Shown here: in pieces, positions 22,621 to 36,949 of the stretch
Layout: every line of letters begins with the position of its first letter
Numbering within the stretch: position 1 is the stretch's first letter
From: Vicugna vicugna
Taxonomy: Eukaryota
Length of the DNA: 64,000 bases
Direction of reading: 5' to 3'
Assembly (NCBI GenBank): GCA_013265495.1
Contig: MU058206.1
Location: 312,001-376,000, forward strand
Program-made: the position numbers and the translations under genes
Notes under the pieces: generated by a model
The model's input: only the letters and a program-made list of their open reading frames with translations
Database searches by the model: none
Told to the model about the DNA's origin: nothing

Positions 22621-25600
22621 GAAGTACCATTTTTAAGTCCATTTCCATGGGGAAACTGAAGTCTGGAGAGGTTCAGTAATGAGTGCAGAGACAGGATACG
22701 AACCAGGCTGTCTCCGCTGAAGCCTGAGGGCTGAATCCCAGGGCTCTCCAGCATCCAGCACAGGGGCAGGGACAGGAACGCTGGAGGTTCTGGTACTTTG
22801 AGATTTGTTAAGTATGTGATGAAAAAAGAAAGGCAGGCTTCCAACATAATTCTAATCCCCACAGTCGAGTGTTGTGTGGGCAGAGGGACCATACTCTACT
22901 GTAGGCCGGGTACCTTGCATGGATCAGGGCATATAGAAGTTGCTCAATAAGTGTGGAATGAATGGAAGAATATTCGTTTTGAAGGAAAGAGAGTAGTTTT
23001 CTATGAAGCCTACAGTTTCTATAAGGAGGTTAAGATTCTTGCTGTGGGAAGATCCTAATTGGTTTGCAGATGAGGAAACAGAGGTGTAGAGTCATGGAAG
23101 ATGAAGAACGCTGCTGTGTGGGGTGGGACGGTGTTGGGGCGGGCTCTGGGGTGGAAGGATCTGTTTTGCTGCTCTCCAGAAGTGGAACCACCAAGGGCTC
23201 TTCTCTGGATCACAGCCACGTTTGGCTTGGCTAGAATGGGGAATGGTGAGCCTTGAGGGAAACCCCATTGCAGAAGAATCTGAGATAAACAGGGCACATT
23301 TGGGAGTTAGGACTGGAGAACTTGGGCTCAGATAAGGTCAGATAAGCAAGGGAAGGGAAAAATAATGTCCTGGTCAGCCCCGAGGAACAGGTGCCAGAAC
23401 TTCCTGCAACATTCCTTCCCTGCCTGTTTGCGCATCTCACTCCCGATCTGCGTGGCCTCCCTGATTTCCCCCACAGAGGCACCAGTGTGCCCAGTGCCAT
23501 GTGGGGTGTACTGAGGGACTCCCCGGACATTATACATCTTTCTGGTATGTCTATTTGACCTAAAGATTTTTGGAGGAAAAAAATTATTCAACTGTACATT
23601 TTAGAGCATGCTTTTTATATTAAAGAAAACTTGGACATAACATGAAGTAAAATGTGCCTGGACATATGTACATGTCTATTAAAGATAAAACAAGCCTGAA
23701 ATAAAAGTATTTATGAGTGAGTTGCTCCGAACAGCCTTCCCACCCACCGACAGACCCTGCTCTTACAGATACCCCATAGGGAACTTTGAGAAATACTGTT
23801 TGTCCATGGCCACCGAGTTTCCTCTCTGCCATTTGGGACAGGGCCCACTTCAGAATGGGGACAGGTCAGCCAAGAGAGGGCCAGAGTCCAGGCAAAGGCC
23901 AGGGGCCCCAACCCAAGATGACAAGCAGGCAGAACCCTCCCAGGGCAGGATCTGGTAGGTAGGGAGTGTTGGTTTCCAGGTAAAGGTGTTTGGAGCTGGC
24001 TTCCTGGCGGCGGCGGAAGGGGATGAGTGTTGTGTCCACAGGGGCTGGGAGGTGGCAGGTTTCAGCAAGAGGAGGCCTGAGCCACCAGTCCGGGCTGGTC
24101 CTGGCACCCGCTGCTCCTCCCAAGACCTGCTGCAGACTCAGTCTGCACACAGCTACCACCCGGGAGAGGGAGGCCCAGGTGCCAGCCAGTGGGGCGACGG
24201 GGAGGAGGGTGGAGAGGGAGTCACTGCTTGAGAGCAGGGCAGGGACACGGGAAGGATCAGTCCTGGAGACAGGGTGGGAAGGGAAGGCAGGTGGCCCAGT
24301 CTGGGTCCTGGGTGGGGCCAGGAGGGCTGGAGGAAGTGGAACTTGTTCTGGAGTTTCTCCAGTCCTGGGGTAAGTATTTCTGAGAGAAGGAGTTAGCTGA
24401 GGAAAGGATTTTCTGATCTCCAAGGTGGGAGGGCTGGGCCTGCGGGTGGCCAATAAAATAAAGGGAAGGGGGCATCTTGTTCCTGGTGTGGTGTGGGCCA
24501 GAGGGCAGGCCTTGCTCTATGTTGGGGGAGACACAATATGGCCTGCAGTGGTACACCACCACTATTGCCTGAACTCATAAAGTACTAGGCACTACTTGAA
24601 GATTTTTACCTGAACTCACTTATCCAAGCCTCACAATAACCCCATGAGGCAGGTGGTCTCAATTATTGCCCATTTTACTGATGAGGACACTGAGACATGG
24701 AGGGGTTAAGTCCCTCTCTGTTGGAAATCTAGATGGTGCCCAAGAATCTGTAAGGAAGTCAGGCAAAAGATCAAAACAGAGTCCTTCAAGTCCATTCATT
24801 CGTCCATCCATCCATCTATTCATTGATTCAAGGATACCGACTCAGCGGTTCCGTGTACCACTAGGCCAGAGGCCTCTGTGATCTGCGGTAGTCCTCACAG
24901 CATCCTCTGTGTAGGCTTCCCACTTAGCAGATGAGAAACCTGAGGCTCCGAGACGTTACATAATAGCTCAAAGTTATGTAATAATAGATCATGGTCACAG
25001 AGCAAGTAAGTGGCAGAACTAGAATTCATACCTGGGTCAGTGTGAGTCTTTGGGCGGGAGGAAGAGCTCTTGTTAGGGAAGATAAGTCAACTGGGAACCA
25101 TGTGAGAAAACAGAAAGTGGAGGTGTTTTTATAAAAGAAACCAAGGGACTTTCCTGCACTCCTCCTTTCCTGTTTGGGCTCAGCTCTCTGGAAGCCAGGT
25201 CTACAATCCTGCCAGAAGGAGGCGCTCTGCTTAGCCAGGGACAATGAGGGAGGCAGGTGAGGCAGGAAGGAATAGGAATGACTAAAAAAATAAAAATTTA
25301 ATTGTTGCTGGAGCTGGATGGACTCTGTTCATCCCTCTTCTTGCTCTCCCCTCTGCCCTTTCTCCCCAGGATGCCCCCTGATTTCGCTAACAGGGTTTGG
25401 CTGCCTCTGTCATCTTCGTCTGTCTCCTAAGCCTCCTGCTTCCAACTCTGTCCTGCTCTTCCCTCCTGGAGCAGGCCACACCTGGTCCCACAGGTTATCA
25501 CACCAGGTGACCTCCCTGCCTTCAGAGAACCAGGCAGCTCATCTCCCCCTCAGGGCTGGCCCCACCCCCCGCTGGTTTCCTGGGAGTGGAATTCCCCCCA

Positions 25601-26818
25601 AGGGAGTAGCACTGATGATTGCAACAGGATTGGGCTTTGGGAAGGTTTGGGATATGGGGTGAAAGGTGACCTAGGAAAGGTTTTAGGGGGAGGGTGGACT
25701 TTGGATGGTGGGCTAGGGCACCCAGACTCATGTACATGAGCCCCTTTTCCTGGTGCAGGACAGAGAAGAGAGTTCCTGAGGCCAGGACCTCCATTTATGC
25801 TCCTGCCTGGCTGATCCCCCCATCAGCCCTCCTATCCTACCTCCTGGAACCCCCAAACCCCAGTAGATGCCCATGTCATTATCACTTTCTGACCTGCATT
25901 GGAGAAAGAAACCCCAAGTGAAGTGGAAGGTGAGAAAGTTCTCAAATCTCACTGGCAGCCCTCCTGTTGGTCCTACCTCAGTACGCGTTATTTGACATGA
26001 GCATTTAAGGGGTCAGTTTTCCTCAGAGTTGAAGAGAGGGAGCAAGGGCTCTCTTCGGCTCCCCTCACCAGCTGGCTCAGAGTTTGTGGCCCTAATGGGA
26101 TCTGGTAAACTCCACTGCCTCCAAGAAATGACATCATCTTGTCTGAAATGATCCCCTAGCCTTTCCCAAGACCCCCTTCCCTGCTCTTCCAAAGAATATT
26201 CCCAGTTCCCTAGTTCCTGCCCATGCCACCCACTTCCAAGGGAGCAGATGCCTTCACCCCCTTCTCTTCCTTGCCCCCTTCCCCATGATCCCTAAACTCT
26301 GTGGCCCTCAGCACCCAGGGCCCAGTGGCCTGGCAGAGATGGAGGGGGGGCCGGCCCACGCCACCTCCTGGGAGGGGTGTGTGTAAATTTGGACTCATCC
26401 CCTTCCCCCCAGCCTGCTGTCAGCTGGCCAGCCCCATCTCTAGAGCAAAAGCGCTTCCATGCGGGAGGGAGGGAGCCGGCTCTGTGGGAGAAAGATGAAG
26501 CCAGTCCCCCCACGTGTCCGTGTCAGTGAACAAATTGGGCCAATTTGGTGTGATTAGTGAAGAATTCACATCTGGCCAGCAGAGTCCTCCCCCCCACCCC
26601 AGCCCAGCCTGGCTCCTGCTCCCCATTAGAAGCTATTTTCTCTGACGGCTCCATTTGTCTCTGTAGTGGGGGATTTGACAGCTCCCTGGCCAGCCTGGGG
26701 GGCCTGGCTCTGAGTGAGAGGCCCAAGGCCAGGCTTCTTGCCCACCCCCTTAACCTGCTTCCATGGGGGATGCCATGCTCCAAACAGGGCCCAGGCACCT
26801 GTATGCCCCATGTCTCTG

Positions 26819-26849
26819 CTGTGTGTGTGTGAGTGTGTGTGTGTGTGTG
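26819..26849. repeat. (GT)n microsatellite
   Basis: tgtgtgtgtgtgagtgtgtgtgtgtgtgtgt. Confidence 0.9.
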
Positions 26850-27668
26850 TTTAGATCCACAGCTGGGTGGGGCTTGAGGAGCTGCATCCTCTAAGCCCTT
26901 GGACTTTGGTTTCTCATCTTGCACAGTGATGGTTATGCTCTGAGATCAACAGAAACTCGTGTTTGGGGTGGGGGGAGGGGTAGCGGCCAGGGAGGCAGGG
27001 TCTGGTGTTTCCTAAAAGAAAACATCTGGGCGTATATAAGGGAGGGCCTGCCCCCACTTCCTTCACCCCTTCCCTGCCCCTCCCAGAGGCCGCAGCCACA
27101 GCTACCCCTCAGGAATGCCTGTGGATGGCTGTTGTGCAGCTGGAAGGCTCACCCCCAGAAGTGGCTTCAAGGTAGTACCATGGTGGGGGTGTGGCCTTCA
27201 AAGTCTTGGGTCTTCCTCCCCCAGCAGTGACCCCAGGTTGCCTGTGTCAAAGGCAATTTGGGGCTATTTAAAGGAGCCTGACCTAGAGGTCACCTGGGCA
27301 AATCTCTTCCCTGGGGAATTACCACCAGATGGCAACCTGGGGCTTGTCTCCTGAGAGGTTCTCCCCAGTTGCCCGGGAGGGCCAGGGCTCTGCTGTTGCC
27401 TGGAGTGTGTGAAGGGGGCAGGGGGCTAGGACTTCAGTCCTTGGATGAGAATTCTCCTGGAAGAGGGATAACTGGGGAAAGGGGTCCTAGCTGCCAGCGT
27501 CAGGGAGGGCTGCTTTCCATTGTGATGTCATTGGGTTTGGGGGTTGGCAGTGGAAGCGTCTAAGGCCTCCAGCATTTTTCCGATGCCACATAGATACCTA
27601 AAGAAAACCAGGGGGAGTGAAGGGAATCAGCCATCTGTGATCTCTCCAACCTTCAAAGCCCCCTGAGA

Positions 27669-27780
27669 AGGGTTGACCAACTATCCCAGTTTTCCCCAGA
27701 TGAAGAGATATCCAGGGATGCAGTTTTTCAGTGCTAAAGCCAGAGCAATCCTGGACAGCCTGGGACAGCTAGTCACCCTA
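27669..27780. mobile_element. MER94-like hAT-Blackjack non-autonomous DNA transposon
   Basis: Terminal inverted repeats agggttgaccaact...cc / ggacagctagtcaccct enclosing tttcagtgctaaagcc; matches the MER94 layout. Confidence 0.8.
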
Positions 27781-29599
27781 CCTAAGCTCAAGCCCTGGAG
27801 ACCAGGCAGAGGGATGGAAGAAACCAGTTCTTCTGAAATCTGCTGCCTGATTTCTTATTTGATTTTATTTTGTCCTTACTTGATTTTAGCCTGACACATT
27901 ATTATTTGTGGGCTCCTCAGCCTTCTTTTCAAGGTAGTGCCTGGAGTGTTGGAAGGATATCCTGACTTGGGGGGGGCAGCGGAGCAGGGGGTAAGTAGCT
28001 TGGTTGTTCATCTTGAGGATCATGGGCTGGGGGTGTGATCACAGCAGCCAAGCTGGCCTGCTCTCCAAGGGCACCGACCACCCAGCACCCGTCTCTAATT
28101 AATAGAGGAACCGTCAGAACACCGCTGTGTGTGGTTCCTGGAGTTATTATCCCATTTCAGAGGTGGGAGAACTGAGATGGAGTCATTGGCCCCAGGGCTG
28201 AGTGGAGATAGAGCAAAGCAAGTTCTCGTGGATATCCGCACCCCCACCCCGCCCCCTCACCCCATCTCCTGTTCAGGCAAAGATGAAGGTCAGGAATAGA
28301 CCTCTGCCCCAAGTTGGGGAGATGGAGTCACCTGCTCCTCTGCTGAAAGTGGCTTCAGCCCCACTCCCCAGACACTAATTGCATGACGGGGGACAGAACC
28401 AGAACGGGTTTGGCGGGAAGGGTCACGCTGGCAGGATTCCAAAGGCAGAGAGGGCTTCTGAAAATCTAGATATCAGACCAAACTTCTACCTGCTCTCACA
28501 GCAGCAACTGGCATCCAAGACATGGAACCTGGAGACGCCAAGATGTGAAGGAGATGGCTGAGCGTACTTGAGGAGGGAGGGAGAGCGGGGGCAAAGCAGT
28601 GCTTCCGCTGTCCTTGGGAGGAGGGCTGCTGGGGGCTGGTCCCACCTGCTCCTGCCCTGACCCAGTTCTCCTCCGTGCCTCTTCCCCCCTCCACCTCTCG
28701 ATCCCTCTCCTCTGCACACTAGCCCAGGGCTCTTGGAACCCAAACAGGGAGAGGCTGGAAGCAAAAGCTGAGTTTGCACTTCAAACTGAGCCTGAAGTGC
28801 TAATTTGAAGGGGGATGTGGACAATTCTAGGAGGATTCTCTGCTGGTTTCCTGGGTCTGATGATGCAGGGGCTACTGAGGCATTTGGAAAGCTGCGTAGT
28901 TTAGGGCTAGGTTGCCCAGCTTCCTTGTTGGGGCAGCCCTAAGCCCTAAGAGGGCCTGGGTGGACAAGCTGCCCCTGGGGGGATTTCCTCTCCCAGGAGG
29001 GGTGCCTTGTATACTAGTCTGTGGAGTGGGCCAGGGCCTGAGCTCCATTTGAGGACAGGCTCTTCTTTAAGATGAGGACCCCTCTATGAAGCCCCTTTCC
29101 AGTCCTGCTGGCCTTCATGGAGAACCCCCAGGCCTAGTGGTGGAGGGAGTGCATTTCTACCCCCCTGTCAGAGCCAAGGACTGTCCTCACTGTCCTGATG
29201 CTTGGTTTCCATCTTGGGGAAGCCTGAAGGTGGGGTGTTTGCCTGTTTACACCCTGCTTGAGTTTGCTTCAAGCCAAAGGCAAATTCCTGTTCCCAACAA
29301 CAGGCCCCAGGGGAGATCAAAGGCAAGAGCTCTGAGTTCAGGGAAGAGGAATTGAGGATGGAGGGTGCCGCCACTTTGTAATGGGAGGGTTGAAATTTAT
29401 GTGGGGAGCTGGAGCATGAGCAGGATACAGGGAACAGAGGCAGAAATTCCAAGGACCCCATCTAGATCTGGCTGTGCCTATCCTGTCCTGACCCCTCCTC
29501 CAGGAAGCCCAGGTCATCTCTCCATCCTGACCTCACGGCAGAGGCTGCGCCCTGCTGCTCCTCTGTGTCCCCAGCAGGATTTTCCTGGTCTCTCCCCTA

Positions 29600-30110
29600 T
29601 CGTGGGACTCCCTCCAGAGCACGGGCCACCGCAAGAGGAGAAGAGAAGAGGCGCGGGGGAGGGGGGGCCGGGCCCTCTTCTCCCCTCCTCTCCCCTCCCC
29701 TCCCCTCCCCGGCGGCCCGCCCCCACCTCTGCTCCTCGCGGCGGGCGGGCGGGGCGGGCCCGCGAGGGGCTCAGGCGCGGCGGCGGCGGCTGTCACTCAC
29801 GCACTCACGCGGGAGGAATGCAGACGGCAGGGCTGCCCTGTGGTCACGTCTCCGCCCCACCGACGGAGGTAGGCGCCCAGGTACCCAGCCTGTGGGCCTT
29901 GGGAGCCCGCCAAGCTGCTGATGAAAGGCACTGCAGATTAACTCTTTCTTGGCCGCACCCCCTCTCTGCCGCCAGCTGCCGGGTGGTCGCCAACCTCGAG
30001 GGGCAGAGGGGCGGGAGGCCGGGGCGGAGGTTGGAGCAGAGGCTGGGCGTGCTGGCTAGTGAGTGGGCGGCCTCGGCCTCTGGGCACTGGCGAGGATCCC
30101 CCCTGCTCCC
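29600..30110. promoter_or_regulatory. CpG island, candidate promoter/first exon
   Basis: Dense CpG; GC boxes (gggcgg cluster ~29743-29758); (GGC)n; + strand donor-like gag|gtaggc at 29869; also two minus-strand GTGAGT (ctcac) sites at ~29795-29809. Confidence 0.7.
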
Positions 30111-33100
30111 CTCTGGCCTCAGGCCCCCTTTGGTTCTAGGGCTGACAGGCTAAGAGACTGGTGTCCCAGTAACAGATGATACCCTCCTCTCCTACAAAGA
30201 CAGACCAACCTCCCATGCTGATGTGCCCTCGCCTGGAAAGTCCCTGAAGCTCTAGAGCACTGGGCGGAGAGTCCAGAATTCATGTATTCATGCAGTAATT
30301 ACATTGGAAGAGCCAAGAGGGTCAGCTCAGCTGTTAGACTCAGGGAAAGTGGGCTCTAAGTCTGAGTTTCTCCAGTGTGTAGAATTACAGGGTCAATAAT
30401 CCAAAATATGGAGTTTTTTATTTGTATCTGTTTTAGTGGCAAGCTACATTTCTTCCCCGAGCAGAGGACAGAGATCTGGAGAGAGGCAGTGTCTCAGGGC
30501 AGATGCCTTGTATATAAATCAAAGTGGAGAGTTTCTGATTGGAGTAGGGGGTGAAGTCCCCTTTCCCTCCCACCCATTTCATGAGAACACCTGAGAACAC
30601 CTAGAGAGGATTCTAGGGAAAGCTCTGAGATCTGGGTACCGGATGAGATCCTTTTCAGCCTTGACAGCTTTCTCTTCCTGTTGTCTACATCTGCTGGGTG
30701 ATGGAGATGCATCTCTGTTTGCATTTGCTCTGTGCCCAGGACTCCCCGTGGGGCATTCTGTGATGCCCTGAGGTCTGGGCTCTTGCTTCCAGGGTCTGGG
30801 GTCTGTGTTCCGTGCCCTCCAGAGAGGGCCCTGCCTTCGACCTTGTGTTTTTTGTTCAGGGACGACATTCCCTCTCTAGATTCTACATGTTGTTGGACCC
30901 AGTGCCTCCCCACCAACCTTGTGTCTCCCAGACCTCTCTCTTCTGCTAAGAATTCCAAGAATCTAGGTGTGCACAGGAGTATCTGGTGGGCAGGAGTGAG
31001 GAGGGCAAAGCTCTAGGAGCAAAGCCTGCCTCAAAAGTTCAGATCTGTCCTCACAGATCTCTCCCCCAGCTTATCCAGCCTTCCTGGGGAGTTTCCCTCT
31101 CACCTAGGAGGGGTGGGAGCTCCAAGAGGCACAGGACGTCAGAGTTCCAGTCAGGAGGCAAAGCCAAGTAGGGGAAGGGAGACAGGAGGACCAGTGCCCA
31201 GCTCCAACCCCCACCCACCCCTGACTTCCCCATGGTGTCTATGCCACCACCCTGGGGGAAACTCGGCCCTGAAGCTAGGAAACCAAAGGGGCAAGAGAAC
31301 TTTGGTGATGGTTAGGGTAGGAGAATTGGAGAGGAGACACCAGGAAGGACTACACTTCTGACCTATATGTCCAAATATAACTCAGCTCTCTTAAAAACCA
31401 GTGCCTTGGGTATGCCTTATCCAGCTTGAAGGCATCATCACCTCCAAGACAATATAACTAGAATTTGGAAGTCATCCTTAGTGTCCACTCCCTTCACCAT
31501 CCAATTGGTCACCAAGCCCCATTCTTTCTGTAGCATTAGTGGTTTGAAGATGCCCGCTTTTCTTTCCCCTTTGATTGTTCCAGATTCAACTGAGGCCTCT
31601 TTAAACCAGTCCCTGGGACTATTGCAACAAGGGCTGGCTCCCCTGGCTCCAGGGGAGCACACCCCAACCCCCCATCCCTCCTCCGCATTGCACTAGGGAT
31701 CCTGGGATCTCAGAACACAGGTTGGAACATGCCACTCTCATGCTCAAAAACCTTTGATGGCTCCCCATTGCCAGCAGGATAAAGTCCCAACACTGCCTGG
31801 CATTTACAGCCTACCCTGATCTGGTGCCAACTTCCCCTGCCAGCCTGGGCTGCCACTATGTACTTCACTTCCTTCAACTCCAGCCGCATCCAGTGGCTTG
31901 TGTGATCCTAGTCCTGCCGCATGCGTTCATGGCCCACCACCTTGGCTCACAGACAAGCTTGTTCCTGGCACTTACGGTGCTGTGAGGGAGAAGGATTAAT
32001 CATATAATCCCATAAATAAATATATCCTTACAAACTGTGATAAGTTCAGGGTGTCTTTAGGAACTCAAAGAGAAGTTATAATGGGGGTGGGACAGATTTA
32101 GATCGGGACTCAGAGAGGGCTTCTAGGCAGAAGAGGCACTTCAGGGTATTGGAGCTGAGTTACTTTTTGCATTACCCTTTCAATGCTTGGGGAGGTTATC
32201 TTTGATCTTTTGTCAGGACGAATTTCCCTGTCTGCACACCCAGATTTCTTGGCGTCTCTGCCTAGCTTGTATTTCATTCTGTCTTGAACTGGAATCTGTC
32301 TTGTGTGTCGCATTCCCTAGACCGTGAGCAGGTGCGGGAAGGGAGTGTTGCTCATTCGTGCTTAGAACACCAACCACCCTTCAGCACACAGTAGGTCTGG
32401 AGCACAACAGGCCTTTGATGAGTATTTTTATTTTGAGGGTGAGGATGTGGAGACTGCTGTATTGAATGAGCATGGAATTAGACCTTAAAACAGGAGACAT
32501 TCTCTGAGAGGTGGTCAGTGAGTTTGGCATAGAAGCAAGGGGTGAGCAAGATGGGCTTCTAGTCACTGCCTCTCTCCGGATCTCTGTCCTCTGTCTAAAT
32601 ACTCCCAACCAACACTTCTCAACATGCCGCAGAATACTCCCAGGCCCTAGGAAACAACACTCCATTTGGCCCAGCTTCCCACCCCCTTATTCCCCCAACC
32701 CCAGATGATCCATTTTGGATTGAGGTGGGCAGTGGTGGGGAAGGGGCTCTCTTTCCTACTGGGAGAGTGGGTACTGGCATCAGCACCCATGGGTGTCATC
32801 AGCTCCAAATCTGGGCCTTTTTGCCATCCCCTCCTCCAATGGTCCCAGCCACCCACCCCCTACAGGCTGCCATGCTGGCCTGACTGCAGGCCTGGGGGAT
32901 AAAGGTGCCTTCTTTCTTGGTCACACCCCCATCACTAAATGCCATGCAGTCCCTTCCTGCTCTGGCTCCCAGGGGGAGGGGTGGGGGAGTGGGAGAGCAG
33001 TGAGAAGAGCACAGAGGGAGATTCAGGGTTAGCCCGCTTGGCTTTGAAGAGGGTAGGGACAAGGGTGGAGATTGATTTGGGAAGGATCCCAATCAAGAGG

Positions 33101-35949
33101 CTCTCTCTCCACACGTTGCCCCTCCCCCACCTCAGCCATTTCCAGATCCCAAGGCAGCAGACAATTTCCCAGGTTTTCTGGCTCTCTCCTGCTTCCCTGG
33201 AGACTTTCCTATCAGTGGAAAATTTTAGATCTGAACAAAGAATAGGGGCAGGCCGTCGAACCCATGAAGGTGCCCAGCTGACCCATCAAATCCCAGCCTG
33301 GTCCCCTTGGGCCAGGTTCTTTGGGTAAGCTCCCCTTCATGAATCCTTTGGTCTGATGGTGAGGGCCCAACTCCTGCCTCAGGGGGACCCCAGTGTGAGG
33401 GTGGAAGTCCCGCTCCTGTAGTGAGGGTCCCCCAGGGTGCTGAGGGTCACAGGATGAAACCAGGATATAGACACTTGGCCCCTTCATGAGGACCAGCAGC
33501 TAAGGTGCCCAGCAGGCTGTCCAGATTGAGTTGCTCCCTCAGTTCATTCCTCCCCCAGAGCAGCTGTGTCTGGTAGTCTCACTGCACTCTCTCTTGCTGC
33601 AGAGGCCAGGTGAGTGGTGGTGCCGGCAGCACAGGTGGCAGCTGGCAGGTGGGGAGAGCGGGGGAGGAGGAATGTGCCCCAGGCCTGGGCAGATGCCACT
33701 GGACAGTCCAGTAACCCCACCCCCTCCCCGTGACCTGCTCACCTCTCTGCCTGCCTGCCCTGGTCCTGGTCCCTATGCCAGGGGTCAGCCAGGTCCTGGG
33801 TTCCAGGTACCCATTCCCAGGAGGAGACTTAGCCTCCAGACACAAGAGACATCTTGTGGGGCATTAGTCATTGCCGCAACTGCCATTTTAGGACCTGGGC
33901 TGGCTTATTTCATCCTCATCGTTAAATACTGCATTATTCCCATTTCCCAGGTAGGGAAACCAAGGCTCAGGGCAATGAAGTCACTGATACAGTTTACCTT
34001 GTGCAGCCTGACATGGAGAAGCAGTGGAGCGGGCATCCTGTGTGTCAGAGGAAGAGGTCATCTTGTGGATCCACAGCTCCACAGGGGCAGGGACTTAATC
34101 AAAATGTCCTTAGCCCAAGAAGGAATTTTTCCCTAGAATGAATGGGATTAGACGGGCTGGGAGTGAGGACAGAGGGGCAGCAGGCCAGCATCCCACAGCA
34201 TGGACCCTGCACTGAACAATGTCTGCCCACCTTCTCCCCTCACCTTTCCTGCAGCTGAGGAAGCAGGTGGGGAGATGGTGGCTCCTGGAGCCCCTGATCC
34301 CAACAGAGAGCTTGCCCCCCTCCTGTGATGGCCCAGGTGTTGCACTGTTGCAGGCCTAGCACAAACATCCCTGAGACCCCCGGCCCAGGTGCCTCGTGGT
34401 CTTCTCCTTGGTGATGCCTCAGAAGTCTGGCAGGGGCTCAGCCCAGTGAGTCCAGGGAGAGACTGCCCAGCTTCGCTCTCCAATCCGCCTGCTCCCTCCC
34501 CTCTCTCTGCTCCCTCCCCACCAGCTTCCCTCCCAAACACTCAGTCATTCATTCCCCAGACCACCTACAAACCACCCATTTGCCCAGACCACACAGCTCC
34601 TCTGCCCAGCTCAGCTCCCGGGGATAATGGCCGCCCCACCCCCATCCTTCCAGGACCCACCCCCAAGCCTAATTACCACCTTGGCACCTCCGGGGCTGGG
34701 GGGGGGGGCACTGACCTCCGCTTGTGCTTGGAAATCTCTTGGGCACAGGAAGCCTGTTTTCTTCTGGACATCAAGGGGCAGGAGCAAATTAGAGACCCTC
34801 AACTGAGTCCCTCTCTGGTCCTTCCCACCCCACCACCCAGTCCCTGGGCCCAGGCTACAGGGGGAGGGCTGGAAGGCAGGATGGTGCAGACCCGTTTGCT
34901 CCTTGGTTCCCCAGGCCCAGTAAGGAGCAGACCCAAACTGCCCTCAGGTGCCGGTCAGGGAGGACTCCACAGAAAGAGCACTGGACCGGGAATCAAAAGA
35001 CAAGGATTTGGTTCTGCTGCCCTGACTGCTTGCGCTCTCCCCACCCGTCCTGGCCTCAGTTTCCTAGTGCGTGAGAGGAGAGAGCTGTTCTCCATGGTCT
35101 CTAAGACTCTCCTGCTTGGGGTCTTGAATGCCAGGGAGGTGACTGAGAGGTGTCAACTGAGGGTCTCCGCACTGCTGCGGGACCTCAAGCAAAGAAGCGG
35201 GGAGAACAGAAGTGGATGGAGGAGGCTGCCAGAGGAGAGCATGTGGCCAGGACAGGGAGATAGATCAGGGTTGGCCTCACACCTGTCAATACCAGGTGGG
35301 AGGTGGGACTGGGCACCCTGCCAGGTAAGGAGTGCAGAAGTCAGGAAGTCCTCGCTGGCATCTGGAGCTGGTGTGCTCTGTTGCCCCCTGCCCCCACCGG
35401 CATCAGCAAGGTGGTGGCCAGGGAGGGCCTCCCTGAAGTGGCCTGTGATCCTGGAGGGGGCCTTCTGTCTTTCCCTCTGAAATGTCTACACTGACCCAAG
35501 CCCCAGAAGCTGTTCCATGAGGGCAGGGACCCGTCTACTTCCAGTTCCCAGAAGGGGCCCTGGCTCAGAGAAGGTGCTCTATCAATGTGAGATGAATGAA
35601 TGAGGACTGAACAGCTAGGGGGTAACTGAGGCAAACCCACACGTGTGAGCCTATCTGTGGCTGCAGGGCTTGGGGGCAGGGGTGAGGGCTTTACCCTCAC
35701 CAGCTGAGCTGAGCTGGGCCCAGGCCCCGGGGACTGGGGCCACCAGGGCTGGGCCAGGGCGGATGAGGTGGTCTCTGTGGGGTCCCTCTCAGGATCCCTC
35801 CTTCCCCCATAATTACTTCTGATTAGCTTCACCACAAAAGCCAGGCTGGAAAGAGAGGGGTATTTGGGACATGAGGGAGGGGACAAGGTGGAGCAGAGTA
35901 CTCAGGACAAGCAGGGCCCCCAGCTGTGTTCCCTCCCCACAGTTTAACG

Positions 35950-35984
35950 CACAGACACACACACACACAAACACACACACACAC
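35950..35984. repeat. (CA)n microsatellite
   Basis: acagacacacacacacacaaacacacacacacacc. Confidence 0.9.
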
Positions 35985-36949
35985 CATGATCTGGAAAATT
36001 CCAATGATGCTCGATCTACTGAGAGTAGCAGAGATCCAGGGACAACAAGCACTTTAGACACTTATCCATATGTATTAACTCAGAATGGCCCCTCCAGAGT
36101 CCTTGGGAGGGATGGCGGGTGGGCATAATTTGTAGGCAGAGGGGAGCAAGAAACAGGATAAGCAGTTCAGGGAAGGAGGGAGCTCTGGCAGGCATATCCA
36201 CTCTCCCAACTCAGGGCCCAACCTGGAGAAGTCCCCGGAGCCCCCTGCCAGGACCCAGAAAATTCTTCGTGGTGTCCAGCTGCCCTTTCTGCCTCATCTG
36301 TGCTAAGATAGATTCACCATATCCACGGCCCTGACCCACTCCTTTTGAGACAGTCCATGCTAGGGCCTTCTCTGGAGGCCAGGAGGCTGGGGTCTCCTCC
36401 TCTCTAGCCTGGGGTTGGGACCCTCCCTCCCACTTCCTTAGCAGGTAAGTAGGAGTTACAGCTCAAGTCACTCAGACTCCCTCAGACTCACTTTGCACGA
36501 AGCCTGGTAGGGAGCGAGCAGCATGAGAAAGTGTCCTCTCCTTCCTGTTTTGGGGTAAGCACTAGAGGACTGGGGAAAGAGAAGAAAAAGGTGGCACATG
36601 CCTGCTTCCTCCAGAGCCTCATCTTTGGGGAAACTATTATGTAATCAGCAGTAGTACTAGCTAACAGTTAAAAAAAAAACTTACTCTAGGTCTGGGCACC
36701 AGGCTTCCATGCTTTACAAACATTCTTTCACTGGCTCCCTGTCTTTTAGGGAGACCCCAGCCCCTGCCATCCAAGATCTCCCCAGTTTGATGGGGGAAGC
36801 ACTGACAAAATACCTCTCCTAACAGGCCCCTAGTCTGAAGAGAACCGACCCCTGCCCTCAGGGAGCCTCTAGTCTGATGGGGGAGACACAATATACAAAG
36901 AGAATGGACACTCCTGACTCGGCCTCCTTCCCTTCCCATAAGGGAGCTG

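Noticed and set aside
29365..30153. 262-aa ORF over a CpG island (likewise 36984..37631)
   Set aside because: Arg/Gly/Pro/Ala-rich open frames are expected in CpG islands; non-ATG starts; no domain.
34389..35480. 363-aa ORF, the longest in the window
   Set aside because: Non-ATG start, Pro/Gly/Ser-rich composition, runs through a MIR-like fragment (~35030-35100) and resembles no protein I know.
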